64,000 bases of DNA from Octopus sinensis (GCF_006345805.1 NC_043020.1:26164001-26228000), one strand, 5' to 3'; shown: positions 1 to 11,870, numbered from the stretch's first letter. The notes: generated from the sequence alone by a model not told the origin. Numbers and translations are program-made.

Positions 1-2081
1 CCTCTCGACCTAGAATAACGTGGTGGTGGAACAATATTGTAGACAGGGCTATTAGAGAAAAGAGACAGGCTTGGAAGGTCTGGAAAAATGGGGGTAGCAG
101 GGAATTGTATCAGACTGCCAAAAGAGAAGCTAGGAGACAGGTTTATTTAGCCAGAGGGGAAGCAGATAAGAAAAAATTTGCCAATGTTCTGCGCCGTGAG
201 GACCAAAGACTGGAGGTGTTTCGTGTTGCAAGACAGTGGTGAGAGAGAATCGTGATGTGGTAGGAGAGAAGTGTGTTCGCATGGAAGATGGTTCACTTGC
301 GCTAAATGAGGATGCAAGAGAGAGGTTTGGAGATGCCACTATGAAAGGTTGCTGAATGAAGAAAATGAATGGGATAAAGAGAGTCTGCCGAATGTTGACC
401 CAACAGAGGGACCAGCTATCGAGTTGATAGTTCTGTGGTAGCTAAGGCAATTAGAAGCATGAAGACAGGGAAAGCCCCAGGCCCATCAGGAATCACTGCA
501 GAGATGCTCAAAATGTCTGGTAGTGTCGGCTATAGCCTAGTCACCCATATAGTTAATCAGGTGATACACAAAGGGGTCATACCCAATGACTGGTGTAGCA
601 GTATAATAGTCAACTGCTACAAAGGTAAAGGTGATGCCCTAGATACAAATAACTACAGAGGTATCAAGCTGTTGGACCAGGTGATGAAGGTTACGGAGAG
701 GGTCATAGCCCAACTAATTAGAGAGAGAGTTAGTTTAGATGAGATGCAGTTTGGGTTTGTGCCAGGGAAAAGTACTACTGATGCTATATTCCTGGTAAGG
801 CAGCTGCAGGAGAAATACCTAGCCAAAGATAAGCCCCTGTACCTGGCTTTTGTTGACATGGAGAAAGCCTTCGACAGGGTCCCCCGATCCCTTATCTGGT
901 GGGCAATGAGGAAAACTAGGGATAGATGAATGGTTAGTGAGAGCTGTGCGGGCCATGTATAGGGACGCCGCTAGTAGGGTGAGGGTTGGAAATGAGTACA
1001 GTGAAGAATTCCGGGTAGAGGTAGGGGTCCACCAAGGCTCAGTACTCAGCCCCCTCCTATTTATCATAGTCCTCCAGGCAATAACGGAGGAATTCAAGAC
1101 AGGATGCCCTTGGAGCTCCTCTATGCTGATGACCTTGCTCTAATTGCTGAGTCGCTATCAGAACTGGAGGAGAAGTTTCAGGTGTGGAAACAAGGATTAG
1201 AATCGAAGGGCCTCAGAGTCAATCTAGCTAAAACCAAAGTCGTAATCAGTAGGAAGGTAGACAAATCACAAACACCTTCAGGTAGATGGCCCTGCTCGAT
1301 CTGTAGAAAAGGTGTAGTAGTAGAAACTCTATAAGATGCACCAAGTGTAAGCTATGGACACATAAGAGATGCAGCAATGTCAAAGGAAGGCTAACTAGGA
1401 AGATGGTTTTTGTATGTGGCAGATGCTCAGGAACAATAAACACTGAAAATGCTCTGAGACCAACTTCCGTCACTTTCCAGGGAGAAAAACTAGAAATAGT
1501 TGATAGTTTCCGTTACCTAGGTGACCAAGTCAGCAGCGGGGGCGGGTGTGCTGAAAGTGTAACTGCTAGAGTAAGAATAGCTTGGGCAAAGTTCAGAGAG
1601 CTCTTACCTCTGCTGGTGACAAAAGGCCTCTCGCACAGAGTGAAAGGCAGACTGTATGATGCGTGTGTACGAACAGCCATGCTACATGGCAGTGAAACAT
1701 GGGCCGTGACTGCTGAGGATATGCGTAAGCTCGCTAGAAATGAAGCCAGTATGCTCCGATGGATGTGTAATGCCGTGTACTCACACTCGGCAGAGTGTAA
1801 GTACCTTGAGAGAAAAGCTGGACCTAAGAAGCATCAGTTGTGGTGTGCAAGAGAGACGTTTGCGCTGGTATGGTCATGTGGCGAGAATGGATGAAGATAG
1901 TTGTGTGAAAAAGTGCCACACCCTAGCGGTTGAGGGAACCTGTGGAAGAGGCAGACCCAGGAAAACCTGGGACGAGGTGGTGAAGCACGACCTTCGAACT
2001 TTAGGTCTCACTGAGGAAATGACTAGAGACCGAGACCTCTGGAAGTGTGCTGTGCGCGAGAAGACCCGGCAGGACAAGTGA
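1..2081 (+). pseudogene. RTE-clade LINE ORF (linker, reverse transcriptase, PHD-like Cys insert, C-terminal region), frameshifted; runs off the left edge
   Basis: ORF pieces join into an RT: KAPGPSG, NYRGIKLL, QFGFVPGKSTTDAIF, FVDMEKAFDRVP, GVHQGSVLSPLLF, YADD (1122-1133), FRYLG, RLRWYGHVARM, RGRPRKTW. Frameshifts near 915, 1110, 1318 and 1770. Confidence 0.95.
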
Positions 2082-2684
2082 GTCCACAACCCGTGGCCTT
2101 CTACATGGGATGGAGCCAGCCTACGTATGCATACCTTCCCTTCTTGGGACACAAAACTCTACTTGTGAAGACGTGTTGAGGCAAGTGAGGATCAGAATCG
2201 AAATCGATCAATGGAAATTGCGGATGTGCTACCAGTGCCGGTGGCATGTCGAAACTCTGCTTGTGAAGACCCATTGAGGCAAGTGAGGATCAGAATCGAA
2301 ATCGATCAATGGAAATCGATCAATGGAAATTGCAGATGTGTTACCAGTGCCGGTGGCATGTAAGAGAACTTTCCGTTTCGCGACCGTTGCCAGCACCGCC
2401 CCGTTTCGTGTCCGTTGCCAGCCTCGCCTGGCCCTCGTGCCGGTGGCACATAAAAAGCACCATCCGTTCGTGGCCGTTTGCCAGCTCTGTCTGGCACCAG
2501 TGCGGGTGGCACGTAAAAAGCACCCACTACACTCACGGAGTGGTTGGCGTTAGGAAGGGCATCCAGCCGTAGAAACACTGCCAGATTTGACTGGGCCTGA
2601 TGAAGCCTTCTGGCTTCACAGACCCCAGTAGAACCGTCCAACCCATGCTAGCATGGAAAACGGACGCTAAATGATGATGATGAT
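1..2684 (+). mobile_element. RTE LINE copy including modular 3' UTR and (ATG)n tail
   Basis: ORF followed by a UTR with an internal ~100-bp duplication (2154-2362), the terminal palindrome CCATGCTAGCATGG and the tail aaatgatgatgatgat. Confidence 0.9.
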
Positions 2685-2727
2685 TTATTATTATAATAAT
2701 TATTATTATTATTATTTTTATTATTCA

Positions 2728-3185
2728 GGCAGTGACCTGGCAGAATCATTAGCATGCCTGGTGATATGCTTAGCAACATTTTGTCCATGTTCACGTTCTG
2801 AGTTCAAATTCCATCAAAGGTGACTTTGCCTTTCGTCCTTTCAGGATTGACTAAATAAGTACCAGCGGTGTTCTGGGAGTTGATGTGATCGACCGGTCCC
2901 CATCACCCCAAATTTCAGGCCTTGTGCCCACAACAGGAAGGATTATCATCATCATCATCATCATCATTATTATTATTACTCAGGCAGCAAATTGGCAGAA
3001 ATGTTAGCCTGCTTGGCTGCATGTCATCTGTGTTGACATAACAAGTTCAAATTCCGCTGAAGTCAGCTTTGCTTTTATCTATTCAAGGTCAATGAAATTA
3101 ATACCAGTTGAGCACCAGGATTAGTGTAATCGACTAGACCCGTCACACCCCCCAATTCAGATCTTATGCCTATAGTAGAATGATT
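2728..3185 (+). mobile_element. Two diverged SINE-B copies (tRNA head, type-2 tail)
   Basis: tggcagaatcattagc A-box-like; gagttcaaattcc B-box-like; gactttgcctttc..aagtaccag body; aaatttcaggccttgtg tail. Confidence 0.75.
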
Positions 3186-3921
3186 ATTATTATTATTTTG
3201 TATTATTATTATTATTATTATATTAATCTATGTTTGACTTTTGCTTTACATTGACAAGTTGGCTACAAGTCTCACCCAGAGACCTCAAGAGAAAACAAGT
3301 TGGAAGTTTATGTGGTGTTTATGCCTAGGGTTTCATATATTGTTTTGTACTAGTGTTGTACTAGTGAATGCCTAAAAAAACCATACGAAAATTATGTTTG
3401 TTTTAAAACTTGAGATTACATAAAGTATTTTGCGTAGGGTATGAGGATATTATTATTATTATTATTATTATTGTCAAGATATTTACTGCAGTAAAAGCAT
3501 TAAAAAGCTAACCAAGAAATATGAACAACCATTTAAAAAAAATTTAAATATGAAATTTATAAAAAAAAAGATGCATAAAAAATATATAAAAATACAAATA
3601 TTGTTAATTCTAGAACAACAAAATTCACTGCCCCACCCAGCCTCCCTCTGCCACTGAAAAAAAGAAATATAATAAAGATTAATCAATAAGTTCAAGTAGG
3701 CAAAACCAATCCAGGTTAAACAGAAGAAAGGAAAGAAGGTTTCGGTTGGAATTAAGTTTCAAAGAACGGCAAAGGATTTTGTCACGTTTTGACTTGGCCT
3801 AAAAAATTATTGATTTAATAGTTTAAAATTCTGGTTGGTATATAAGGGACAGGAAGCTAAGTAAGCTGGTAGAATGCGTTAGCTTTGTGGGATTAAGTGC
3901 TTTTTTTTTATCTTTTGTTTT

Positions 3922-4615
3922 TTTATTTGTTTCAGTCATTAGACTGCGGCCATGCTGGGGCACCGCCATGAAGGGTTTTAGTCGAACAAATTGGGCCCCA
4001 GTGCTTTTTTTTCTTTTTTTGTTTTGAAGCCTAGTATTTATGTGTGTATATGTACATTATAGATTTTCCAGATTTGGTTTGAAAATTTAGGTTAAGAGTA
4101 CATGTATCTATGGAATACTCGACCTCTTATTTATATATATATATATATATATAATATGGTGGTGCATCAGCATGGCCGCAGCTCTGAGCTGAAACTTAAA
4201 AATATATATATATATGTGTGTGTGTGTATGTGTGTCTTTTTTGCTGAACCGCTAAGTTACAGAGATATAAACACATCAACACTGATTGACAAGTGACAGT
4301 GGAGATGGGGACAAACGCAGACACAGACATTTGCTCAAGGTGCCACGCAGTGGGACTGAACCTGGAACCATGCGGTTGAGAAGCAAGTTTCTTATTTCTT
4401 TATTGTCCACAAGGGGCTAAACACAGAGGGTCAAACAAGAACAGACGAACGGATTAAGTCGATTACATCGACCCCAGTGCGTAACTGGTACTTTATTTAT
4501 CAACCCCGGAAGGATGAAAGGCAAAGTCGACCTCGGCTGAATTTGAACTCAGAATGTAACATTTCTGCCAGCTCACCACGTGGTTAAAAGCAAGCTTCTT
4601 ACCACGCAGCCATAC
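3922..4615 (-). mobile_element. Fragmented SINE-A with a nested SINE-B (4391-4580)
   Basis: SINE-A pieces flank a minus-strand SINE-B; the SINE-A head (aagcttcttaccacgcagcc) resumes after it. Confidence 0.7.
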
Positions 4616-5392
4616 CTGTTGTGATCTCACTCACTTATACATCATGGTAACTAGTTTGTGGCCTTAAGGGTTCTGGGGCTTATGAAAAAATGAGAGGTAG
4701 GGTCATTAGAGTAGAGGATAGAATGGTTCTTTTTTGTGGTAGCTGTTTGGTTCGCTGTGTTCTGAGTTCAAATCCTGCTGAGGTCAATTTCATCTTTTAA
4801 CCCTTTTGATTGTGTGGGTGTGGGTGGGTGTTTGATAAGATAAATAAAATGTGACAGTGAAGTACTGGGTTTGTTTTCTTTTTTTTGCCTCTATGCATCC
4901 TCTCTCTCTCTCTTTGAATTTTCACTCTCTCTTCTTCTCTCTCTCTTCTCTTCTCCCTGTCTTCCTCTTCTTCTTCTCCTCCACATGCCCTCCTTCCCAC
5001 CCTCTCCCATCTTCCTCCACCCTTCCCTCAACTTCTCTTCCTACCCCTCTCCCCTACCCCCAAAGTTAATGTCCTTGCTCTTCTGTGTCATGTAATGCTG
5101 ACTCAGCCTGAGAATTGTGTTAAAGGAAACATGTGGCTGTGAAATACTCAACCAGTTACAGGTGTGCATGTGTCTGTATATATATATATATATATATAAT
5201 ATATATATATATATAAATAAATGTATGTATGTGTGTGTGTGTGTGTGTAAAAAGCGTGTTTTCAAATCCACTGCATGGCACCTTGGGTAATTATCTTCTC
5301 GCATAGCCTTGGCCCGTCCTGTGTTTGCATAACCATTTAATGTCTGTCAGCATATTGATCATGCTCCATACCGGCATGTGTGTGTGTATATG

Positions 5393-5445
<53 letters not shown>

Positions 5446-6159
5446 GCATATGTGCATATAGATATGTGTGTGCATGTATGTGCATATAGACGTGTGTGTG
5501 CATGTATGTGCATATATGTGCGTATGTATGTCTGTGTATATGTGCATGCTTTTGTGTATATATGTATGTGCATATATGTGAGTGTGTGAGTGTGTGCACG
5601 TATGTGTGTGTGTGTATGTGAGTGTGCACATATGTGTGTGCATATATATATGCGTGTGTGTGTGTGTTAATCTTTGTGTTTGTCTGCCCTACTGATTGAG
5701 AACTATTGTTGGTTTGTTTACATCCTCGTGACTGCACAGTTCAGCAAAAGAGACCGATTGAGTAACATACTTTAAAAAATAATATAAGTAGCACCACCAC
5801 TGCCACTATCACCATGACGACCACCACTTTCACTACCACCACCACCACCACCACTACCATCACCACCTCCATCTGACATCCTTGGGTGACTTTAGCACTA
5901 TTGGCTTTGTTGTCTCAGAGAAACAGGTGACTGGGTAGTCTGTTTTCCCACTGATCCCCCCCACACACACACTGTACCCCATTCAGTATTTCCTTCTGTT
6001 GTAACATGTGCTTGTTGGTGTTCTCTTTGTTGTGTCCACTCCACCCCTAATAACACGCCCACTCACACACACACACATGCCACCTGTCTCACAAACCCTG
6101 GTAAAACAAACCAGAAATAAAAGGACCTGTCTACCCACCTGATCCAGCCTCTCTCTCTA

Positions 6160-6436
6160 TTGAGTCATAATGGAAGTAAAGTAAATGAAAGACAATATGA
6201 GCTCTACCGCCTCCTCCTCCTCCTCCAACACCACCACCACCACCACCACCATCATCATCATCACCACCACAACCACTGCCACCATTACCACCCCCACCAT
6301 CATCATCATCATCACCACAACCACTGCCACCACCACCATCATCAGCACAGCTACTGTCACCACCACCACCATCATCATCACCACAATTGCAGTAACCACC
6401 ACCACTACCATCATCATCATCATCACCACAACCACC

Positions 6437-6467
<31 letters not shown>

Positions 6468-6480
6468 CCACCATCAATTG
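6160..6480. repeat. Cryptic (CAC/CAT)n trinucleotide field
   Basis: Direct reading; source of the poly-His/Thr/Val ORFs. Confidence 0.9.
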
Positions 6481-6554
6481 TAATTTATTTAAACCCTAGT
6501 CATGTAAAAGTGATAGTAACATTGGTTTTGGCAATTGCTTGGTAAACAGATGTT

Positions 6555-6712
6555 CAACTTTGCCTCCGAGGTCGACTTTGCCTTTCATCCTTTCGGGGTC
6601 GATAAATTAAGTACCAGTTACGCACTGGGGTCGATGTAATCAACTTAATCCCTTTGTCTGTCCTTGTTTGTCCCCTCTGTGTTTAGCCCCTTGTGGGTAG
6701 TAAAGAAATATA
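6555..6712 (+). mobile_element. SINE-B 3' part (type-1 tail)
   Basis: gaggtcgactttgcctttcatcctttcggggtcgataaattaagtacc...gggtagtaaagaaata. Confidence 0.85.
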
Positions 6713-7350
6713 ACTTGGTAACTAGGTGAATAGTTTGCTTGGTAATTAACTATTTCGTTAGTTTCACTTGGCAACTAGGTAAATAGCTAAATAGTCTCAC
6801 ATGGTCACTGGCTAAGTAATTTAACTTGGTAACTAGATATACATAGTTTCACTTGGTAAATTAGTAAATTGGTTCACTTGGTCACTAGCTAGTTTCATTT
6901 GGTCATCAGCATGTATAATCCTACTTGTTAAATAGCTAAACAGTTTTCACTAGATCCACTGTTAGTTTTACTTGGTAAATTGCCAAATATTGGGTTGTCC
7001 AGAAAGTTCGTGCCAATTTATAGTAGCTTACCTTTCGACTTATTTTAGAACAAAAAAAATTAAATATTTTGCATTTTATGCATAGTAATCAGAGTAACCT
7101 TCATAATTTTATTGAATTAGTTGTATATTTTACCATAAAAGGAAAATGTTGCTATTGATCAATTTTATTCAAGGTAGGTACTACCTGCCTTGTCTACCTT
7201 GGCGGCACGTCTGTGTATCACTCGGTGAATAGCCTGCATGGTAACAAATAGATAACTAGTTAGATATCTACTTGTTAATTATGTGAAATAGTTAACTCGT
7301 TAAATAAATAGTCTTTTTGGTGACTCAGTAATTAGTTCATTTGGTAAGTA
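6713..7350. repeat. Degenerate minisatellite (core tagtttcacttggtaa) interrupted by a mariner end
   Basis: The core recurs about every 25-30 bp over 6713-6985 and again over 7250-7350. Confidence 0.55.
6988..7180 (+). mobile_element. Mariner-type terminal fragment
   Basis: TA + ttgggttgtccagaaagttcgtgccaattt; near-identical TIR at 30471 adjoins mariner transposase sequence. Confidence 0.7.
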
Positions 7351-7847
7351 GGTGAAGGACAGAAAGTAGTTTATTTCTGGTCTTACATTAGTCAGTATTG
7401 CTGTTACTGTAGTGATGGTCATGGTTGAACAGCCTCGCAATATAATACAGTTGCTTCCTCTTCATTAAATTATATCAGCAGCCTAGTTCACAATTTAAGC
7501 TTTCTTACCAGTCTTCTGTGACTGCTCACCTGTGTTTCAATGTTTCCAGCGTTGTGAGAAGAACAGGTACACATTTGTACCTGGATTATTATTACTCAGG
7601 CAATTTGGTAACCGAGGGACCTGGCTTTTGCTGGGCTATAGAAAATTCCGGATCAGATGAACTGATTTTTAACCGTTTAGCATTCAACCCAGCCATGTCC
7701 AACCTAATTATTCTACTGGTTTATTTTTGTTTAAACTGGCCGGATTTGGCCTCTTTTACCTAGCCTGCAAAGTCATTCTAAAAATAAACAATCCCAACCT
7801 AGAAATTTTGATGTTATGAGATGATGTATGGTTAATTCAAAACAATA

Positions 7848-8254
7848 GGCGCAGGAGTGGCTGTGTGGTAAGTAGCTTGCTTACCAACCACATGGTTCCG
7901 GGTTCAGTCCCACTGCATGGCACCTTGGGCAAGTGTCTTCTACTATAGCCTCGGGGCCGACCAAAGCCTTGTGAGTGGATTTGGTAGACGGAAACTGAAA
8001 GAAGCCCATCGTATATATGTATATATATATATATGTGTGTGTGTGTCTGTGTTTGTCCTCCTAGCATTGCTTGATAACCGATGCTGGTGTGTTTATGTCC
8101 CCGTCACTTAGAGGTTCGGCAAAAGAGACCGATAGAATAAGTACTGGGCTTACAAAGAATAAGTCCCGGGGTCGAGTTGCTCGACTAAAGGCAGTGCTCC
8201 AGCATGGCCGCAGTCAAATGACTGAAACAAGTAAAAGAGTAAGAGTAAGAGTAA
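7848..8254 (+). mobile_element. Full-length SINE-A (tRNA-derived, internal (TA)/(TG) tract)
   Basis: A-box tggctgtgtggtaag; B-box ggttcagtccc; ggcaccttgggcaagtgtctt body; tail hairpin cagtc-aaat-gactg then gtaaaagagt repeats. More than 12 copies in the window. Confidence 0.9.
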
Positions 8255-8420
8255 TGCGAATAAGAAAGCAGTACATTTGACAGAGTAATATGAATGTTTA
8301 AAAGGTTAAGAAACCCCTCAAAGAACCCCTTATATAACCATATATGTACATTTTAACACACACACACACACACATTCATATATATAGAGCAAATAAAAGA
8401 CAAAAGATGGAATATACGAG

Positions 8421-8550
8421 AATTTATTATTAATCACGACAGCTGTTTCGACACATCAAGCATCGATTCCTCTTGGGTGGGACACTCAACAACTGGTTCA
8501 GGAGCATCCGGTGGTGCAGATGTTTCTCGTCGGGTGATAAATAAATACAA
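8421..8550 (-). ncRNA. Type-I hammerhead ribozyme motif (minimal helix III, long helix II, U4C variant)
   Basis: Minus strand: ttatcac|CCGACGA|gaaacatc..gatgtgtc|GAAAC-AGCT-GUC|gtgatta. Helix I ATCAC/GTGAT; helix II pairs 7 of 8. Confidence 0.7.
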
Positions 8551-9632
8551 CTCGTTAAAATGACTGTTCTGCAATGTAACTTTCCGTTTTGTAGAGAGAC
8601 AAGCAAAGTTGCCAGACAAAGGAAATATCTTCATTTATTTAGAAGATCAAAAATAAAATCACAAACAGCAAAGAGAGAAACGAACGTGCAAATCCAGCGA
8701 GAAAAATCATGATTAATAATACATTCTCGTTTATTCCATCTTCTGTCTTTTGTTTGCCTAATGCCGAGTGATCACTGTGAGAGAGTGACCATGCTTTACC
8801 TGTAAGCTACCAGGTGTAAAACATTCGTTTTAGAAAATCATTTTTAAATCTCACAACGTGAGATATTCAGCAACAGTACTGGGGTTGATTTGTTGATTTG
8901 TTAATTTTTGCCTTCCATCTTTTGGGGCCAATAAAACAAATATGAGTTGAACGTTGGGATCGTTGTAATCAATCAGTGTAAAAACCCATGTCATTTGCGC
9001 ACGTGTGTAATTTACACAGGTGATTTTCAGGATAAAATTTGTAAAAAAAAAAGTTTCTAAAATTTGCTCCCAAAAGCAGTGTTCTAGCATGGCCACGGAC
9101 ATGTCTGAAAGAAGTAAAAGATATGCCTGCACACACACTTATGCATGCATGCACAAATTTACAATCAAAAGATAGAAGTACTTAGTACATAATGTAGAGT
9201 ATATATAAACCCCTATACCCTTTTCCTTGTCATTATTTCTGAATGTGTGTAGGAGGCAAGTTGGCAGAATTGTTAGCACATTGGACAAAATTTTAGCAGT
9301 ATTTCTAGTAACTCTTTGCATTTTGAGTTCAAATTCTGCCAAGGTCAACTTTGCCTTTCATACTTTTGGGAGTCAATAAAATAACTACCAGTTGAACATT
9401 GGGGTTGATGTGATCAACCCATCCCTAAAATTGCTGGCCTTGTGCCAAAACTGGATGCCAATTAAGGTGATGAGCTGGCAGAATCGTTAGCATGTTGGAC
9501 AAAATGCTTTGCAAAATTTCTTTTTGCTCTCTGTGTTCCAAGTTCAAATTCTGCCAAGACTGATTTTTACCTTCAATCTCTTGGGGCCAATAAAACAAAT
9601 ATGAGTTGAACATTGGGATCATTGTAATCAAT

Positions 9633-11012
9633 CACTGTAAAAACCCATGTCATTTGCGCACCTATGTAATTTACACAGGTGATTTTCAGGATAAAATTTG
9701 TAAAACAAAAAAAGCTTCTACTCATGTAAAATTTGCACCCTAAAGTTTTCAGAATTGCCAATATGGCCAGCAGGGGAAAAAGGTTTTCAATTTAGTTGTA
9801 TTTAGCATAATGTCACTTGCTTATGTTTAGATTTTATTAAATTTTCATTAAATAAAAATAATTTGTTTAACAAGTATCACGTTGAAAGCTATTAAATTAC
9901 AAAGTGTTTATGTTGTTTATCATAAACTTTATTTTACATTTCTTGCCCACAAGAGATTATGTCTGTTCTTTAGCATACTGCTTGTATGTCTTCTCAAATC
10001 ACGATCACAGGAGATGTTGTTGATAAGAATTATCAACAAAAACAAAGCTGATAAATATGCACAGGTGTTGCAAATTAAGCTTAATTACCAATCAACATTA
10101 ATGGCTTTAGTAAATTTATACAGAAAAAATAAACATTATACCTATTTCTTTATTACCCACAAGGGGCTAAACATAGAGGGGACAAACAAGGACAGACATA
10201 GGTATTAAGTCGATTACATCGACCCCAGTGTGTAACTGGTACTTAATTTATCGAACCCGAAAGGATGAAAGGCAAAGTCGACCTTGGCGGAATTTGAACT
10301 CAGAACGTAACGGCAAACGAAATACCTATTTCTTTATTACCCACGAGGGGCTAAACATAGAGGGGACAAACAAGGACAGACATAGGTATTAAGTCGATTA
10401 CATCGACCCCAGTGCGTAACTGGTACTTATTTTATCGACCCTGAAAGGATGAAAGGCAAAGTCGACCTTGGCGGAATTTGAACTCAGAACGTAGCGGCAG
10501 ACGAAACACCTATTTCTGTACTACCCAGAAGGGGCTAAACATAGAGGGGACAAACAAGGACAGACATAGGCATTAAGTCGATTACATCGACCCCCAGTGC
10601 GTAACTGGTACTTAATTTATCGACCCCGAAAGGATGAAAGGCAAAGTCGACCTCGGCGGAATTTGAACTCAGAATGTAACAGCAGACGAAATACTGCCAA
10701 GCATTTCGCCCGGCTTGCTAACGTTTCTGCCAGCTCGCCACCTGTTTAGAAAAAGTAAACATTATGCCATCCAGTATAAATAAAAGTCAACTTCATTATA
10801 TTTAAGCCCTTAATTTTTTCTGTAAAAACCTATTCTGACATTAAATGAGTCAACTTCCAGTACAAATGTTTACATTTTGCACATCTTTTTTCAGCAAAAC
10901 AAATTCTCTAAAAAAATTCTGGAAACAGTCGACTCAGGTAATTTATGCACCCCTAAAGTTTATTTTTATTTTTGTGCAAAACAATGCATAAATTACATGG
11001 GTTTTTACGAGT
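9633..11012. mobile_element. Non-autonomous TIR element, CACTA/EnSpm-like ends, inserted in a SINE-B
   Basis: Left end cactgtaaaaacccatgtcattt; right end aattacatgggtttttacgagt is an imperfect inverted copy; host SINE-B halves at 9465-9632 and 11013-11057. Confidence 0.5.
10138..10741 (-). mobile_element. SINE-B trimer (one full unit plus two head-truncated 184-bp units)
   Basis: cctatttc unit boundaries at 10141, 10325 and 10509; the tRNA A-box is present only in the first unit. Confidence 0.92.
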
Positions 11013-11057
11013 CTCCTTCACTAAAACTTCTGGTTTTGTGCCAAAACTGGAAACCAT

Positions 11058-11286
11058 TTAAGCCTTTTGATACCAACCCGGTCAAAACCACCTCTGGCTC
11101 TGTAGTATAAATGTCTTGTTTTCATAAGTTTAGAATCAAAATCTTCCACCAAACCTTAGTCACAATTTATGTTCCTAACACTAGCTTTGATGATAACTAA
11201 GTTATTTTATTAAATTCTTTGTTATATTTAAAATTAATTGAAAGAAACAGAGCATCTCAAAATAAATACGGTAACGAAAGGGTTAA
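11058..11286. mobile_element. piggyBac-like MITE, copy 1
   Basis: TTAA-flanked, ends ggtaacgaaaggg-ttaa; homologous to the 16503 and 17025 copies. Confidence 0.8.
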
Positions 11287-11289
11287 GGA

Positions 11290-11870
11290 AGTGAGTTGGC
11301 AGAGTCATTAGCATGTTGGACAAAATGCTTAGTGACAATTCTTGTAACTCTTTGCATTTTGAGTTCAAAATCTACCAAAGTCAGCTTTGCTTTTCATCCT
11401 TTTTTGGCCAATGAAATAAGTACCAGTTGAACACTGGAGTTGATTTAACTTGCCCACCTCCTCTAAAACTTGTGGCTTTGTGCCAAAACTGGGAACCATT
11501 TCAGGAAAGGAGCTGGTATCATTGTTAACATGTCGGACAAAATACTCAGCAGCATTTCTTCAGGGTCTTTGGGTTGATAAAATAAGTACCAGTTGAGCAT
11601 TGGGGTCCATGTAATCAACTACCCAACTCCTCAAAGTTCCTGGTCTTGTGCTAAATTCGTTTCTACTCTAAGCACAAACCCAAAATTTTTGGGGAGGGGG
11701 CCAGTCGATTAGATCAACCCCAGTATGCAACTGGTACTTAATTTATTGACCCCGAGAGGATGAAAGGCAAAGTTGACCTCGACAGAATTTAAGCACAGAA
11801 CATAAAGACAGACGAAATAGTGCTAAGCATTTCGCCTGGTCTGCTAGCGTTTCTGCCAGATCGCTGCCAT
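11290..11870. mobile_element. Cluster of diverged SINE-B copies (two +, one - at 11665-11870)
   Basis: Recognisable head, body and type-2 tail motifs. Confidence 0.65.

Noticed and set aside
2597-2625. CTGATGA followed by a hairpin in the RTE 3' UTR
   Set aside because: No GAAA follows, and other copies read ctggtgca at this position.
6157-6499. Poly-His/Thr/Val ORFs here and at 12-12.7, 29, 45, 47-49, 56 and 60.7 kb
   Set aside because: They are translations of trinucleotide repeats open in several frames and on both strands, with no domain or splice support.
8434-8634. Possible terminal exon (minus ORF ...EESMLDVSKQLS, or short plus-strand frames)
   Set aside because: No recognisable protein; the hammerhead fold plus inverted repeat explains the region better.
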